NCBI RefSeq assembly: GCF_009914755.1 | Contig: NC_060929.1 | Length of the DNA: 64,000 bases | Strand: one strand, 5' to 3' | Source: the human T2T-CHM13v2.0 reference genome, Homo sapiens | Shown here: positions 46,210 through 60,715 of the stretch, one piece after another | Numbering within the stretch: the stretch's first letter is position 1 | Layout: every line of letters begins with the position of its first letter | The notes under the pieces: model-generated | The model's database searches: none | Told to the model about the DNA's origin: nothing | Seen by the model: only the letters and a program-made list of their open reading frames with translations | Position numbers and translations under genes: made by a program

Positions 46210-46597
46210 AAGAAAATGTGGCGCATATACACCATGGAATACTATGCAGCCATAAAAAAAGGAAGAGTTCATGTCCTTTGTAGGGACATGGATGAAGCTG
46301 GAAACCATCATTCTCAGCAAACTATCTCAAGGACAGAAAACCAAACACCGCATGTTCTCACTCATAGGTGGGAACTGAACAATGAGAACACTTGGACACA
46401 GGATGGGGAGCATCACACACCGGGGCCTGTCGTGGCATGGGGGGAGGGAGTGAGGGATAGCATTAGGAGATAGACCTAATGTAAATGATGAGTTAATGGG
46501 TGCAGCACACCAACATGGCACATGTATACATATGTAACAGACCTGCACGTTTGTGCACATGTACCCTAGAGCTTAAAGTATAATAATAAAAAAAAGA
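46210..46597 (+). mobile_element. L1PA5-type 3' end (likely the displaced end of the host element)
   Basis: 'aaggacagaaaacc', 'cacttggacac', 'cctaatgtaaatga', 'ccctagag' and an A-tail. Confidence 0.9.
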
Positions 46598-46599
46598 AC

Positions 46600-47970
46600 T
46601 TCTAATTTACAAGAAAACACAGTCCAGTGGATATGTGAACTAATACTACAGGGATGCAATCAGCAAAATCCAGGCTATGGAAACTATAGGACAAATGATT
46701 CAATTTCCTAAACGAATGAATTACAAGGAGAAAAGAAGAGATGGAGGAGGAATCTATAGATTAAAAGAAATTTCAGAAACCTGAACCAATCCAACATGTG
46801 GATGCAATTTGTCTCCCGATTCAAACAAACTAACATTTATGAGACAATTAAGGCAAATTTGGACCTGGTAATATGATAATATTAAACATTATTAATTGTA
46901 AAAGGTATAATATTGGAATTGTAATTTAAGAAAAGAGAAAAAATAACTAATAGTAAGATAATAGCCAAACATTTGGGAAAGTACAAAGTTATATAACCTA
47001 AAGGAAAATTAATTACATATAGATGAAAAATCAAAATGTAAAACAAAAAAAATTACTAAAACAATTATAAATAAAAATTTAACCTTGGATTATATAAGCT
47101 GTTTCTAAAAGAAAACAAAAAAAATTAAATGTTGATTATGCTCATCATTTATGAGTTTTTAGAATGTCTAAACAAACACCATAAACAATATTGAAAGTTC
47201 AAATGACAAAGTTTATATATGGCGAAGACTTAATATTTATACCATCTATAAAAAGATGATCACTGTAATTTAAAAATGCTCAAAAGGCATAAAGAGACAA
47301 TCTATAGAAGATGAAATAGAAATGATTCATAAGCATATGAAACATAAAAAAATCCAACTCCACAAATAGTCAAATAAATGCACATAATAATGGCATTTGA
47401 GGGTCTTGTTAGTTTTTTCTTTTCCAATTGCAAAGGAATTTTAAAAGAGATTTTTACATGAAAACAGTATTTTCCAAAGATCTCAGCAAAGTGGCCACTC
47501 TTTGATATTGCTAATTTGTGAAAAAACTTTCTGGAAGAAAATTTGAAAATATGTATTCTTAAAAGCTTAAAATGAGAAGACCATCTGACTCATTTCAGAT
47601 AAGAAAATAATTAGACAAATGTATTTGAGGTTTATCCCATAATAAAATTGTTTATAATGGAAAATTAGTATAATGCTAAAGTCAAATAGTGGTTGAATAA
47701 ATTGTAGTAAAGTGTGTTCATGTCACGAACTATAATAATGTCTGCCTAAACATACAGTGTGGGTATTTATTGACTGGAAACATGTTTACATATAGGTTTA
47801 AATATGTAAAACATGTTTACAATAGGTTTAAAACAGAAAGAATACAGCATAATGTTAACTGCTTATCCCAGGTTGAAGAAATATGGTTGGATATTTATTT
47901 GCTTCAGATTAGTTTATTTATGTTTTCTAATTTGTCCTCAGTAATCATGTGTCAGTTGTATAATAATCCT
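46600..47970 (+). mobile_element. Ancient L1MC/L1ME fragments
   Basis: 'gatgcaatcagcaaaatccagg' (L1MC-type 3'UTR), then A-rich ORF2-end-like sequence. Confidence 0.6.
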
Positions 47971-48258
47971 TCTAACGCTTCTGAAAATTCACTTCAGTGA
48001 TATAAATTACTTCTATTCATAAAAGTTACCCCAGCACTGGAGAGAAATATGTATGTACAACCTTCATTGTTTTAAAAGAAACAGAAGGAACAGCTCCCAT
48101 AGTTATATATACTATGCTTAAGGCATACTCTCACTCCCTGTAAATTCTTTCACGGTAAGTATTCAAAAATAAGAGAAGAAAGAAGGGAATAAAGAAAAAG
48201 TGAACACAGGTCTAGTCACAACCCTGCCCTGTTTAACACCTATCAGATCTCTATCCTT

Positions 48259-48474
48259 CAGTGGTTCTGAAGCAGGGATGGTATCACTCCAAGGGCTTTG
48301 GAAATACTGCCTGGAGGGCCTTTTCTGGTTGTCCCAATGGCTGGTCAGCATGACTAACACTTTGTGGGTGAACAGAAGAAAGCCTATCCTGCCCTGCAAT
48401 GCTTGGAAAGGCCAGAACAAGTAAGAATTGTCCTGCCCAAGATGTGAGCAGCATTCTCCAGTTGAGATATCCTG
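48259..48474 (+). mobile_element. hAT-Charlie non-autonomous DNA transposon (MER20-like)
   Basis: Termini 'cagtggttctgaa...gttgagatatcctg'; internal 'aagaattgtcctgcccaagatgt'. Confidence 0.7.
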
Positions 48475-48489
48475 CTTAACTAAACCTCT

Positions 48490-48990
48490 TTTTAAGTAAA
48501 CTTCAAGGCCTTCACTCCCCAGCCCCTGCCTGTTTCTCTAATCTCACCTCTTTCAGCTTCCCTTCCTATTTTACACCCCTTTCTCCCACCTCTATTCTTT
48601 TCCTTTCTCCTCTGCTCCATGCCTTAGCCATACCAAATTGCTGGCAATTCTCGTAGAGCACCAAGAAGTATTATGCTTCTCAGCTTTCATTTGGCTTAGA
48701 TTATTTGCTCTGCCTAAATTATTCCTGAGCTGATCCTTTAATAATGCCCTATTTATTCTTGAAGACTCATCTTAATCATCTCTTTTGCAGAGCCTTTTTT
48801 GGGTCATGGATTTCTCCCCTGTTTTGCCCTGTTACTTGAATACATCTTCATTACAATACTTAAACTTAAAACTAAATACTTAATACTTAATTAACTTAAA
48901 AACTTAAAACTTAATACTAAATACTTAAAACAATGTACAGTATTTATTTTTTGTCTATATCCTCCCACTTTACTCAACAAGTTCTTGTTG
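48490..48990 (+). mobile_element. L2 fragment with an internal (ACTTAA)n-like low-complexity tract (~48855-48930)
   Basis: 'ttcaaggccttcac...cccctgcctgtttctctaatctcacc', 'tagccataccaaattgctggcaattc'. Confidence 0.6.
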
Positions 48991-49047
48991 GCTGAGAAAA
49001 AAAAGGTACATTGAAAGCACCATCTCTTTTTGCTGCCATTGAAAAAA

Positions 49048-49125
49048 GTAGAGAGAAAATAAATTCAATCAGTAAAAGAAGAGAATGTAGAGAGAAAATA
49101 AATTCAATCAGTAAAAGAAGAGAAT
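49048..49125. repeat. Perfect 39-bp tandem duplication
   Basis: gtagagagaaaataaattcaatcagtaaaagaagagaat occurs twice. Confidence 0.97.
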
Positions 49126-49587
49126 AAAGGTTGATTTCTACCTTCAAATTATTTACATTTAATAAATATAATGTTTAGTATCTGCTTTCCAATTATTTAC
49201 CATTGCAGTATATTACCATCATATAAAGTGATTTGAAGAAATTGCAAGAAAATATATGTTTATTTGCTCCAAATTTGCTCAAAGGCCTAAATGCTAAGAA
49301 ATCCAGATTTGTGTATTGGTACATGATATATATGTATATCATGCTATTTGTAGTATAGTTTATTCTATTATAATGTAGATTTACTGGCAAATGCAAAGTA
49401 AGTTTAGGTTAAGATGAAATTCCAGTAGTATTAATGATTGATGGCCAAAGGATTTCCAAGGGATTCCTTTTTACTGACAGCAGAATCTTCTTCCTGCTTG
49501 CAGAACATATGGTATGTTAATAGTGATCACTGACTTCAGGTGATTTTATACAGGAACATATTGAGTAATTTAAAAATTAAGAGTCAG

Positions 49588-49888
<301 letters not shown>

Positions 49889-50327
49889 TCAGGCGGCCAG
49901 AGACAGGGACCTCATTTTAGTTTTAAAGCTAAATGTTTTTCTCTTTCCATTAGTATAAAATGTTTCAAAATATACTATTTAGTCATTTACTAATAGGGAA
50001 CATATTAGTTGTACTCACATTTTAGGAGACAAATACAGTTCCGTAATCTAAGTAACAAATTGAAATAATTAAAACATAAGATTTATGAAGGGAATATCAC
50101 AGCTATCTAATGTTTCAGCTACCTATTTTATCTCACATCACAGACATCACTTTTTTCCCTTGAAAATTATATAACTACAATGCACTAAGCATGCTGCATG
50201 TTACTGTGACAGATACAAAAAATAAGAATTCAAAACCTTCCTTCTAATAATTCAGACTTTAGTAGGAGGGAGGAAACTAATATATAGATAAAGTATAGAT
50301 AAGGTATAAGAAAGGTAATGACACTTG

Positions 50328-50677
<350 letters not shown>

Positions 50678-52149
50678 CTACAAGAGATACAATATCTGAG
50701 ATGAAAATCAAAAGATGAGCAAGTTTTGGACTGATTGATGTAAATGAAGAATGTGACAGATTAAAAAGAAACAGTTCATAAAATCATAACAATTTCACAA
50801 AGAGTAAATTATTTTATTTGAAAGTTGTGATATATCAGTTATTTATTTGAAAAATTATGAATGGGATTTCTCCTTTCAGTCAAAATAGAGTAATAGGGAC
50901 TGGATTTACCTGCCCGCCTAAAACAATAAAAAATCAGCAAATACTTGAAACGATGATGTTTAAGACATTCTATCAATCAACAAAAGACAGTGATCCATGA
51001 GAGATAGGAAACAAAGTGAGCCAGTTGCCCCAGCTTACTGCCATGGGAGGGCGAATTTATAGGCCTTGGCACAGGGAGGGAGAACTTAGACAGTCCAGCA
51101 GATTTCCTGAGCTGAGACGACGCAGCTGAGGATCTGGGGGAATAAAGGTAACTAGAGCTTGAAGGACAGAAAAACAGAGAAGAGAAAACTGCACAGAAAA
51201 CAACTCTTGAGCCCTTTATAGAGCTCAGCAGAGTATTGTTAAGCACATGCATGTTAGGGAACCACCCAAAGCTGGGGAAAGAACTACTCAAAAAGATAAG
51301 AAAGAACAGAACTCGCCACTCACACAGGGTCAGAAACATTGTCTGTCATCACCAGTCAGACAGAAAAATCTCACAGTTCAGAGGTTATCAGGTAGAGTAC
51401 TCAGAATGGTCTTACCTAAGAGTAGAGAACAATTAGTCTTAACTTATACATGAATCTAGTCCTGCCTAACAAATCTTAAAACCAAGACTCCAAAGGATCA
51501 AACTATTTCCTAAGTAACTTAGCACCCCAGAACAAGTCTCAATAATATTTTTAGGATTATAAAAATATCCAGCACCTAACAGCATGAAATCCACAGTGCT
51601 TGGCATCCCATTACTAGACATAAAAAGAAAGAGAAAAATGTAATGAATAATAAGGGGGGAAAATCAATCAAAACCAGAACTGATACTGATGTCAGCCACA
51701 GAAGACAAAGATATTCAAACTGTTAATATAACTATTTCATATGGTCAAAAGCTACGTAGAGATGAAGAAAATATATAACAAACACAAGAAGTCAAACTCT
51801 TAGAGATGAAAACTATAATGTGTGATGTGAAAACTATGCTGGGTAGAATAAATGGTAGATTATACATTGTAGAGAACAAAAAATAGCAAAATTAAAGGCA
51901 TGGCAATAGAAACTATCCAAAATTTTACATAAAGGAAAAAGAGAACAAATAAATAGTATATCTATGAACTGTGAGACAACTTAAAGTAGCCTAGTATATC
52001 TTTAAAGGAAGACCCCAAATAATAGGAGAAAGAAAAAAGACAAAAAAACTATTTCAAGAATAGCTGAAAATGTTCCAAATTTTATAACTATAAACTCACA
52101 GATATAAAAATATTAATGAACCCCAAACATCATAAACATAAAGAAAATG

Positions 52150-52545
<396 letters not shown>

Positions 52546-53611
52546 TTACATGCAGAGAAAGATAAAGTGGACAGCATATTTCTCATTAGAAACAATGCAA
52601 TTGTGAAGACAATGGAGCAACATCTTTAAATTACTGAAAGAAGAAAAAACTGTCAACCTATAATGTTATAGCCAGCAAAATCATTTTTTGCTGAAATAAA
52701 GTGAAAATATGTCAGACATATAAAAACTGGATGAACTAACTGCCTCCAGAAACATTCAAGCCTTTCAGACAGAAAGAAAGTAGTACCAAATGAAGATGTG
52801 AATCTACACAATGGAATGAAAATCATTGGAAATGGGGATCATATCAGTAAATATATAATAGCTTTTTCTTGTAATTGAAAACAATCATCAATAGTTAACT
52901 GTTTAAGCAAAAATAATAATATAATATGAGGTATATGACATATGTAAAAGTAAAATGCTTGACAACACCACCACAAAAACTGAAAAAGGAAAAATGGAAG
53001 TATACTATTTTAAAATTCTTATAGTATTATGAAGGGCTATAATATCCCTTGAATGTTAAACTGTGTTAAACTGTGATAGGTTAAAAATGTACACTATAAA
53101 TCCTAAAGCACCCACTAAAAATAACAAAGAGTTATAGCTAATAAACCAATGAAGGACTAAAAACGGAATTCAAAAAACAAAAAAAATTAAAACACTGCTT
53201 ATCTTTCTGGCCTAATTACATAACTCCACACTCCCTTTATGCCGTAAACATGAATACACACTCCCAAGTTGACAAAATTCAAAGTAGGTCTCAGAACAGA
53301 TAAATATTACATAGGATAAAGGAGGCCATTTCGTGATAAATAAGTTAATTCATCAAACAGATAACAATCTTAAAAGTTTATGCATCTAATAAACTTCAAA
53401 TCATATAAAGCAAAAATTGTTAGAACTGTAAGGAGAAAGAGACGATACTACAATTATAGTAAAAAAAATTCTAATACCTTTGTCTCATTAAGTGGGCAGA
53501 AAATCAGTAATATAGAAGATGTGAACAATACAATAAACACAAAAAACAAACCACAGTAAGACCAAGTTGACATTTGCAAACCATCCACTCAACAATAGCA
53601 AAATATAATTT

Positions 53612-53919
53612 CTTTTCTTTTTTTTTTTTTTTTTTCGGGACGGAGTCTCACTCTGTTGCCCAGGCTGGAGTGCAGTGGTGCATCTCAGCTCACTGCAAGC
53701 TCCGCCTCCCAGGTTCACGCCATTCTCCTGCCTCAGCCTCCTGAGTAGCTGGGGACTACAGGAGCCTGCCACTACACCTGGCTAATTTTTTTTGTATTTT
53801 TAGTAGAGACGGGGTTTCACGGTGTTAGCCAGGATGGTCTTGATCTTCTGACCTTGTGATCCACCCGCCTCGGCCTCCCAAAGTGCTGGGATTACAGGCG
53901 TGAGCCACCGCTCCCAGCC
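53612..53919 (-). mobile_element. AluY
   Basis: 'gcaagctccgcctcccaggttcacgccattctcc'. TSD aatataattt. Confidence 0.96.
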
Positions 53920-55556
53920 AATATAATTTATTTTCAAATGATCATGGGACATTTACCAAGATATACCATATTCTGGACCACAGAATAAGTCTCAATTCCT
54001 TTTTTAAAATTCCAGTTATACAAGGTTTGTTTTTTGACCTAAATGGAATTAATTTAGAATTAAATAATAAAGATATCTAGAAATCCTCAAATTTTTGGAA
54101 ACTAAGTAACAGACTTCTAAAAAGACTACAAGTCATTAAAAAATCAAAAGAGATAAGAAAGAATTTTAAACTGAATAAAAATAAAAATATATAAAATATG
54201 TGACATACTGCTATGGGTAATATGTGATATACTGCTGAGGGAAATATGCATCCCTAAATGCCAATATTAAAAAAATAGAAAGGCCCACCTTAAGAAAATG
54301 AAAAAAGGAAATCAAATGAAACTGGAAGTGAACGGAATAAAGAAAGTGATAAATATCAAAATATAAATCAATGAAAACAGAAGCTGTTTTTTGGAAGATC
54401 AATAAAATTGATAAATCTCTATCCAGATTGATTACAGGAAAAAAAGAGAAGACAAATTGGCAATACCAGGAATGAGAGAGGTAACATTGTTACAGCTATT
54501 AAGAGAAAAGTAAGGGATGATTGAGAACAAGTTCATACAAATAAATTTGACAATTTAGATGAAATGAAAAAATGCCTTTAAAGATACCAAGTTACCAAAA
54601 CTCCTTGAGAAAAAATAGACATCCTAAATAGTTCTATATCTATTTTTAAAATTGAAAATTATATTAATATTTAATATGGTTTATATTCTGGATGTAAAAA
54701 GAAAAAAATTATAGTTAAAATCTTACACACAATAAATTAACGAATTAATCAATTAACTTTATAAACCTCCATGCACCAAAAGCTTCATTGGTAAATTCTA
54801 CCAAATATTTGAGGAAAATATTATACCAATTCTTTATTATTCCAGAAATAAAAGAAAGAGAAAAGACTTCACTTATTATATGAGGTCAGCCTTATCCTGA
54901 TACCAAAACCTGAAAAAGACATTGTAAGAAAGCAAAACTACCAAGCATGTGTTTCATGAACATAGATGCAAAAGTTCTAAACAAAATATTAGCAAAGCAA
55001 ATCAAACATTATATAAGAAAGAATACATCATGCCCAAATGGGGATTATCCTAGAAATGCAAATTTTGTTTCATATTTTATATTGATCAATATAATTCACC
55101 ACATTAGAAAACTAAAAAAAGAAACACCCAAAACCATAAAGTATGTAAATGGATACACAGAAAGCATTTGAAAAATCTAAACATATTCTTGATTAAAAAG
55201 AAAAAAAAATTATTGGCACAGTTGGAATTTAAGATTTATCAACCTAATAAAGGGTATCCATGAAAAACCTATAACTCACATAATTACTGGTGAAAGACTG
55301 AATGCTTTCCCTCCTAATCCTAGCAACAAGAATGAAATCCACTTTCACTACTTCTATTCAACCTTGTACTGGAAGTTCTAGCAAGTGCAGTAAGGCAAGA
55401 TAAATAACAGCATCCAGTTTGGAAAGGAAGTAAAACTGTCATTATTCACAGACCACATGACCATCCATGTAGAAAATACTATGATCTCACCAAAAATCCA
55501 CTGAACCTAATAAATGAGTTTATCAAGTATGCAGGATAAAACACCAATAGACAATT

Positions 55557-55843
55557 TTTTTTTCAGACAGGATTTCACTTGTTTGCCCAGGCTGGAGTGC
55601 AGTGGTGTGATCGGCTCACTGAAACCTCCAACTCCCAGGCTTAAGTGATCCTCCCACTTCAACCTCCCAGGCAGCTCAGACTACAGGCACGCACCACCAC
55701 ACCTGGCCAATTTTTGTATTTTTAGTAGAGATGGGGTTTTGCCATAATGCCCAGGCTGATGTCAAACTCCTGGGCTCAAGTGGTCCAACTGCCTCAGCCT
55801 CCCAAAGTGCTGGGATTACAAGCATGAGCCACCATGACCAGCC
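55557..55843 (-). mobile_element. AluJ
   Basis: Antisense AluJ. TSD aataga(c/a)aatt. Confidence 0.93.
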
Positions 55844-57109
55844 AATAGAAAATTATTAATAAACAATATCAATTGTCTAATATTAGCAAGAATCAGAAAT
55901 AGATATTTTAAAAACATAATTTACAATAGCATCAAAAACTAATACTCAGTAGTAAATCTAAGAAGATATCTAAGATCTCTATATTAAACACTATCAAATA
56001 TTATGGAGAAAAATTAAAGAAAAGCAAATAAATGAGAAGCATATCACATCAATTAGTTGGAAGACTCAATATTATAAAGATTTCAATTCTTCCCAAAATT
56101 AATCTATAAATTCAAGTCAATCATAATTAAAATGCTTATACTTTTTTTCATAAATGGAGTAGCTATTTTTAAAATTTATTTGAAAAGAAGTGCAAAAGGG
56201 CAGAAAGAGACAAGGTAATCTGAAGACAAAGAACCAAGCTGGAGGACTTATAATATCAAATATCAAGACCTAAATTTCTATAAAGCTTTAGTAATTATGA
56301 CAATGTTGTTGGCACAATAATAAATAACAAATATGTGGGGGGAAATGTAGAGAGTCCAGAAACGTTCACATATATAGTTAGTAAACTTATGACAAAGACA
56401 ACAATGCAAAGAGTGCTAAAGGATGCTCTTTTGAATAATGGTTCTGGGGCAATTGCTGTGTATGTGCCAAAATAATGCATCTGGACCTCTACCTCATATC
56501 ATGGAAAAATAATTAATTTTAGATGGAGGGCAGGCCTAAATGAGAAGTAAAGCATTTAAATTCAAATATAGGAGAAAAAATTGCAATCTTGGAGTAGGCA
56601 CAATTTTTCTTTTAAATACGACACTGAAACGCATAAATCAAAAACACTTTTGCAAATGTTAAATTATACTTAATAAAAATTAAGAACTATTTATCTAAAA
56701 CAACCATTAGGACAATAAAAAGTGAAAATTTGAAATGGGAGAAAAATATTTGCTATGCATAGCTAATAAAGGACAACCATCTAGATTCTATGAAAGTCTA
56801 CAAATCAATCAGACAGAGACAATTCAATTGAAAAGTGGCATAATATTTTAACATACACTACACAAAAGAGGATAGACAGATGACCAATAAACATACGAAA
56901 ATATCATTAAGTCGTGAAGAAGATGCATATAAAACTATGATGACAAAACACCGTGCACTCACTAGAAAAGCTAAAATGAAAAATAGAGAATATCATTTTT
57001 GGCATTTAGTGAGGGTGCGAATCAACTGACATGCTCAAAAATTGCTGGTGGAAGCAAAAAACTAATTCAGCCACTTTGGAAAATGTTTGGCACTATCCAT
57101 TAAAACTAA

Positions 57110-57119
57110 ACACACACAC

Positions 57120-57152
<33 letters not shown>
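57110..57152. repeat. (CA)n microsatellite
   Basis: Directly visible. Confidence 0.97.
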
Positions 57153-58014
57153 TCTACTTTGTGATCTAGCAATTCTTCTAAGTATATATCCAAAGAAAAT
57201 ATATACATATGTTCACGAAAAGATATAAATTAGACTGTTCATAGCAACACTGTATAAACTGGAAACTATCCAAATGCCAACCAAAAATGAATGGATTAAT
57301 AAATTGTGACATATTCACACAATAGAATACTGTGCAATAATTAGAATAATTGATCTAGAACTACTCATAACAGTATGTGTAAATATCACAAACATAATGT
57401 TGAATGGAAGAAACCAGACAAAAAAACAGGGGAAACTAATCAATGCTGTTAAACGTCAAGATTGTGATTATTCTTGGAGGTGGACATGGGGCAGCCTTCT
57501 GGGATACTGGTGATATTTTGTTTCTTGATCTGGGTATTGTTTACCTGGCTGTGTTCAGTTAGTAAAAATTCAAAGAGCTGCATAATTATGTCTACTTTTT
57601 TGGTATTCATACAATAGGTCAATAAATTATTTTTAAAATGTACATAGTGTGTAACTTTGCTTCTGTTTCATATTTTTCTTTAGAATGGATTTTTTAAAGT
57701 AAGAATCCTAGGCAGTGGTCTTTTAAAAGTTGAGATTTTTACTCATTATAAATGTTCTTACTGATAACAAGTGACAAATAAATGATAAGAGGGGAAATAA
57801 CAGATTATTAAACCAATTCTTACAGTTCTAATATATCCCCAAACTTTAGGTAGAAACTATCTCATTTAACTCTCTAGTGTTCACATTATAATCATATGAA
57901 AGCTACAGAAATAGAAACTTGACAAAGAATCTTGCTGGGAGAATTGGAAAGAGATTCTAGGAATCAAAAATCTTTGCCCTATCATCATTTGATAATTTGC
58001 CGACTGACAATATG

Positions 58015-58225
58015 AAGTGTGGTAGAGCCAGTCTGCCTGGGAACACTTAACAACTCTCCCCTTGCTATCTGGGTGAACTTGTGCAAGTTACTTAACTTCT
58101 GTGTCTCAGTTTCCACATCCACAAAATTGGGATGATAAAAACATATATTTCACAATCTTGTTTTGAGGATAAAATGAATTAATGCATGTAAAGCTCTTAC
58201 AACAGTGGGTTATCCCTATTATCAT
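58015..58225 (+). mobile_element. MIR
   Basis: 'gcaagttacttaacttctgtgtctcagtttccacatccacaaaattggg'. Confidence 0.8.
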
Positions 58226-59723
58226 CTGTTCCACCCGGTTAGAAGAATAACCATAACGTTCCTAGTGAAAGATTTGTACAGTTTTTTTTCACGAAACCAT
58301 ACTTCTTAGTTGGTATTAAGTGTTAAATGGTGTCTGAACACATGCATTTTCCTACTTGTCTTGCATCTTATTGAAAACAGAAATGTCTTCAGGTTTGTGT
58401 GTCTAAAACAGATTTAAAATCTATAACAGATTGCCTTATCAAAGAAACTGAAATCTCCCAGCACCAGAAGATTATGTCTGAAAATAAAACTGCTTATGAC
58501 CACCATCATTTCAAGAAATAATTGCTCTTTCTCAAGTGACTGCAGTTGAAAACCTGACTTTTCACTAAATGTACATGTGCTTTACCTCAAAAACCTATGA
58601 CATTTTGCTGTGAGTTCAATAGTCTTTAAGTGCTCAGACCTCAAGTGTAAAAACACATTCCCGTTTTCCTCCAGTCTTAAAGACTGACCTGCATGTCTTC
58701 TAAATGTGCTCTAAATATCTCTATCTACATGTGGTAGCTTCAAAAAAAGAAATTATCAGAGATCAGCTGAGTAACAGGTATTCTGATAGGGACTTATTTC
58801 CATCTTTCAGGTTTTATGAGAATGAAACAAACTTGTGATGCAAATTTCTCCAGTAAATATTATTTGATTATCAAAATTAGATTTCTAACCAATCTTTCAA
58901 ATTTTACATCAGAAAAAAAAGATGAAGGGAAGAAAGGCAATGTTTATATAGGGAAGCTGAAAGGTTGCTCAGCAATGAGTTCCAGATGCTATCCCCATGA
59001 AGACCTTGCTTCCATGGAAGAACTTGTGTCTTTTATGGTATAAGAAGCTCAAGAGGATAAATTTCCTTTCAAAACCAAATGACTCAATCCAGTCAGTAGC
59101 TGCAACTTGAAAGAAGAGGATTTGCTTACCCTGTCAGGTTATGTCAATCTACCTAACAAGACTGTGGTGGGGCCAGATTTGTCAGAGAAATCAGACTATC
59201 TCAGAGGAATTTGCATGTATGAAATATCAATTTATTATAGGTTCTGCTGCTATTTTAATTCCACTGCTCATTTATCACGATTCAAAAGAATGAGAAGTTT
59301 TCTATAACCTCACATATGGAAAACAGCAAAAGTCAGAATTTTTTGGATGGTTTGCTTTTTGAGGCTTTTTCTTAGAGAAGTTTAACAGCTTTATAGTTGC
59401 TTGTTAAATAAAAAAATTATAATAGACACAAAATCTGCTTAAATAAGTCAAAGACTTAATTCTACCATTCTAATTTTCTGTGAATTATAACTTTTCTACC
59501 ATGAGTTTTGTACATATTTTTATATCAAACATTCTTTATGTGATTCTGTTAAAAACAAGACTATTATCAATTTTACAGAGGTGGTAAGTCATTATGCATT
59601 TACTGAGCACAATTCTGTAGAACACTGATGCTCAAAAACTTGTTATTCCTCATACCCGGTGTAATAACTAGAAGACAAAAAAATCTATTAATAGTTATTA
59701 ATAAATATCTGATTTATGAGGAG

Positions 59724-59724
<1 letters not shown>

Positions 59725-59777
<53 letters not shown>
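59725..59777. repeat. (CA)n microsatellite
   Basis: Directly visible. Confidence 0.97.
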
Positions 59778-59789
59778 TGTCCTGGAAAA

Positions 59790-60010
59790 AAGCATGATCT
59801 TTGGAGTCACTTAGAGAATCAAAACCCAGCTCTGCCACTTCCAACTCTGTGACCAGAGTAACTCACTTACCTTTCTGAATCTCAACTTCTACTTAGAGAC
59901 AGTAATGTTTACGCTGGAGGGTTTGGAAGAAAATTCACTAAGTCTGTGTATATTATGCATCTGGAACTCTACCTGGTCCCTAATAGTCTCTCAATAATAG
60001 GAAATATTAT
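59790..60010 (+). mobile_element. MIR
   Basis: 'cccagctctgccacttccaactctgtgacc...ctgaatctcaacttc'. Confidence 0.7.
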
Positions 60011-60019
60011 TTCTGATAA

Positions 60020-60715
60020 CTCAACTTTAATAAATGTTTGTTGAGTACAGTTATGTGCCTAGCGTTGTTTAGATACCATGAATCAAGTGACAAACAAGAG
60101 TGTTAGAGCCGCAGCCTTCGTGGAGCTTATACGAGTGAGAAAAGAGTCAATGTGTAAACAAATAAATAAGAAAACTTCAGATTCTGATAGCTGCAAATGA
60201 AGTAACTGGAAGTGGAGAGAGGCTATTTTGGAGATGTCAGGGAAATGATGATAAGGTAACCCTTGAGCTCAGCCAGACTCAGCCCTGTGAAAACCTGTGG
60301 AAAGACCATTGAAAGCAAAGGGGCCAGTGAGCCCAGCCCTGGATCACGAATAAGCATGGCCTGTGCAAGGAGCTGAGAGGAAGCCAGCATGTCTGGAGCA
60401 TGATAGGCAAAGAAGAGAGTAGAAGATAAGGTCACGAAATAGGCAGAGATCAAACCATGTAGGGCCTGTAGGCCATAGAAAGGTGTTTGAATTTAATTAC
60501 ATATAAAAAGCAAAACTATTGAAGAAGTTCAGACAGAAAAAAAGTGATCTGATTCTAGTAGCTGAATGAGGAATGGACAATAGCAGGGCAAAAGTGGAAA
60601 GTGGAAGACCAATTTGGAGGTTACTGCAGTATAACAAATAAACCAAAGATGATGATAGTGTGCCCCAGGATAGTAGTGATGGTGAAGATGAATATAAGAG
60701 GGTGGATGACCTATG
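60020..60715 (-). mobile_element. L2 (3' portion)
   Basis: 'aataaatgtttgttgagt...gccttcgtggagcttata...gaggaagccagcatgtctggagc...gaccaatttggaggttactgcagt'. Confidence 0.8.

Noticed and set aside
48855-49125. CRISPR-like or telomere-like array
   Set aside because: It is a low-complexity tract plus a two-unit tandem duplication with no spacers.
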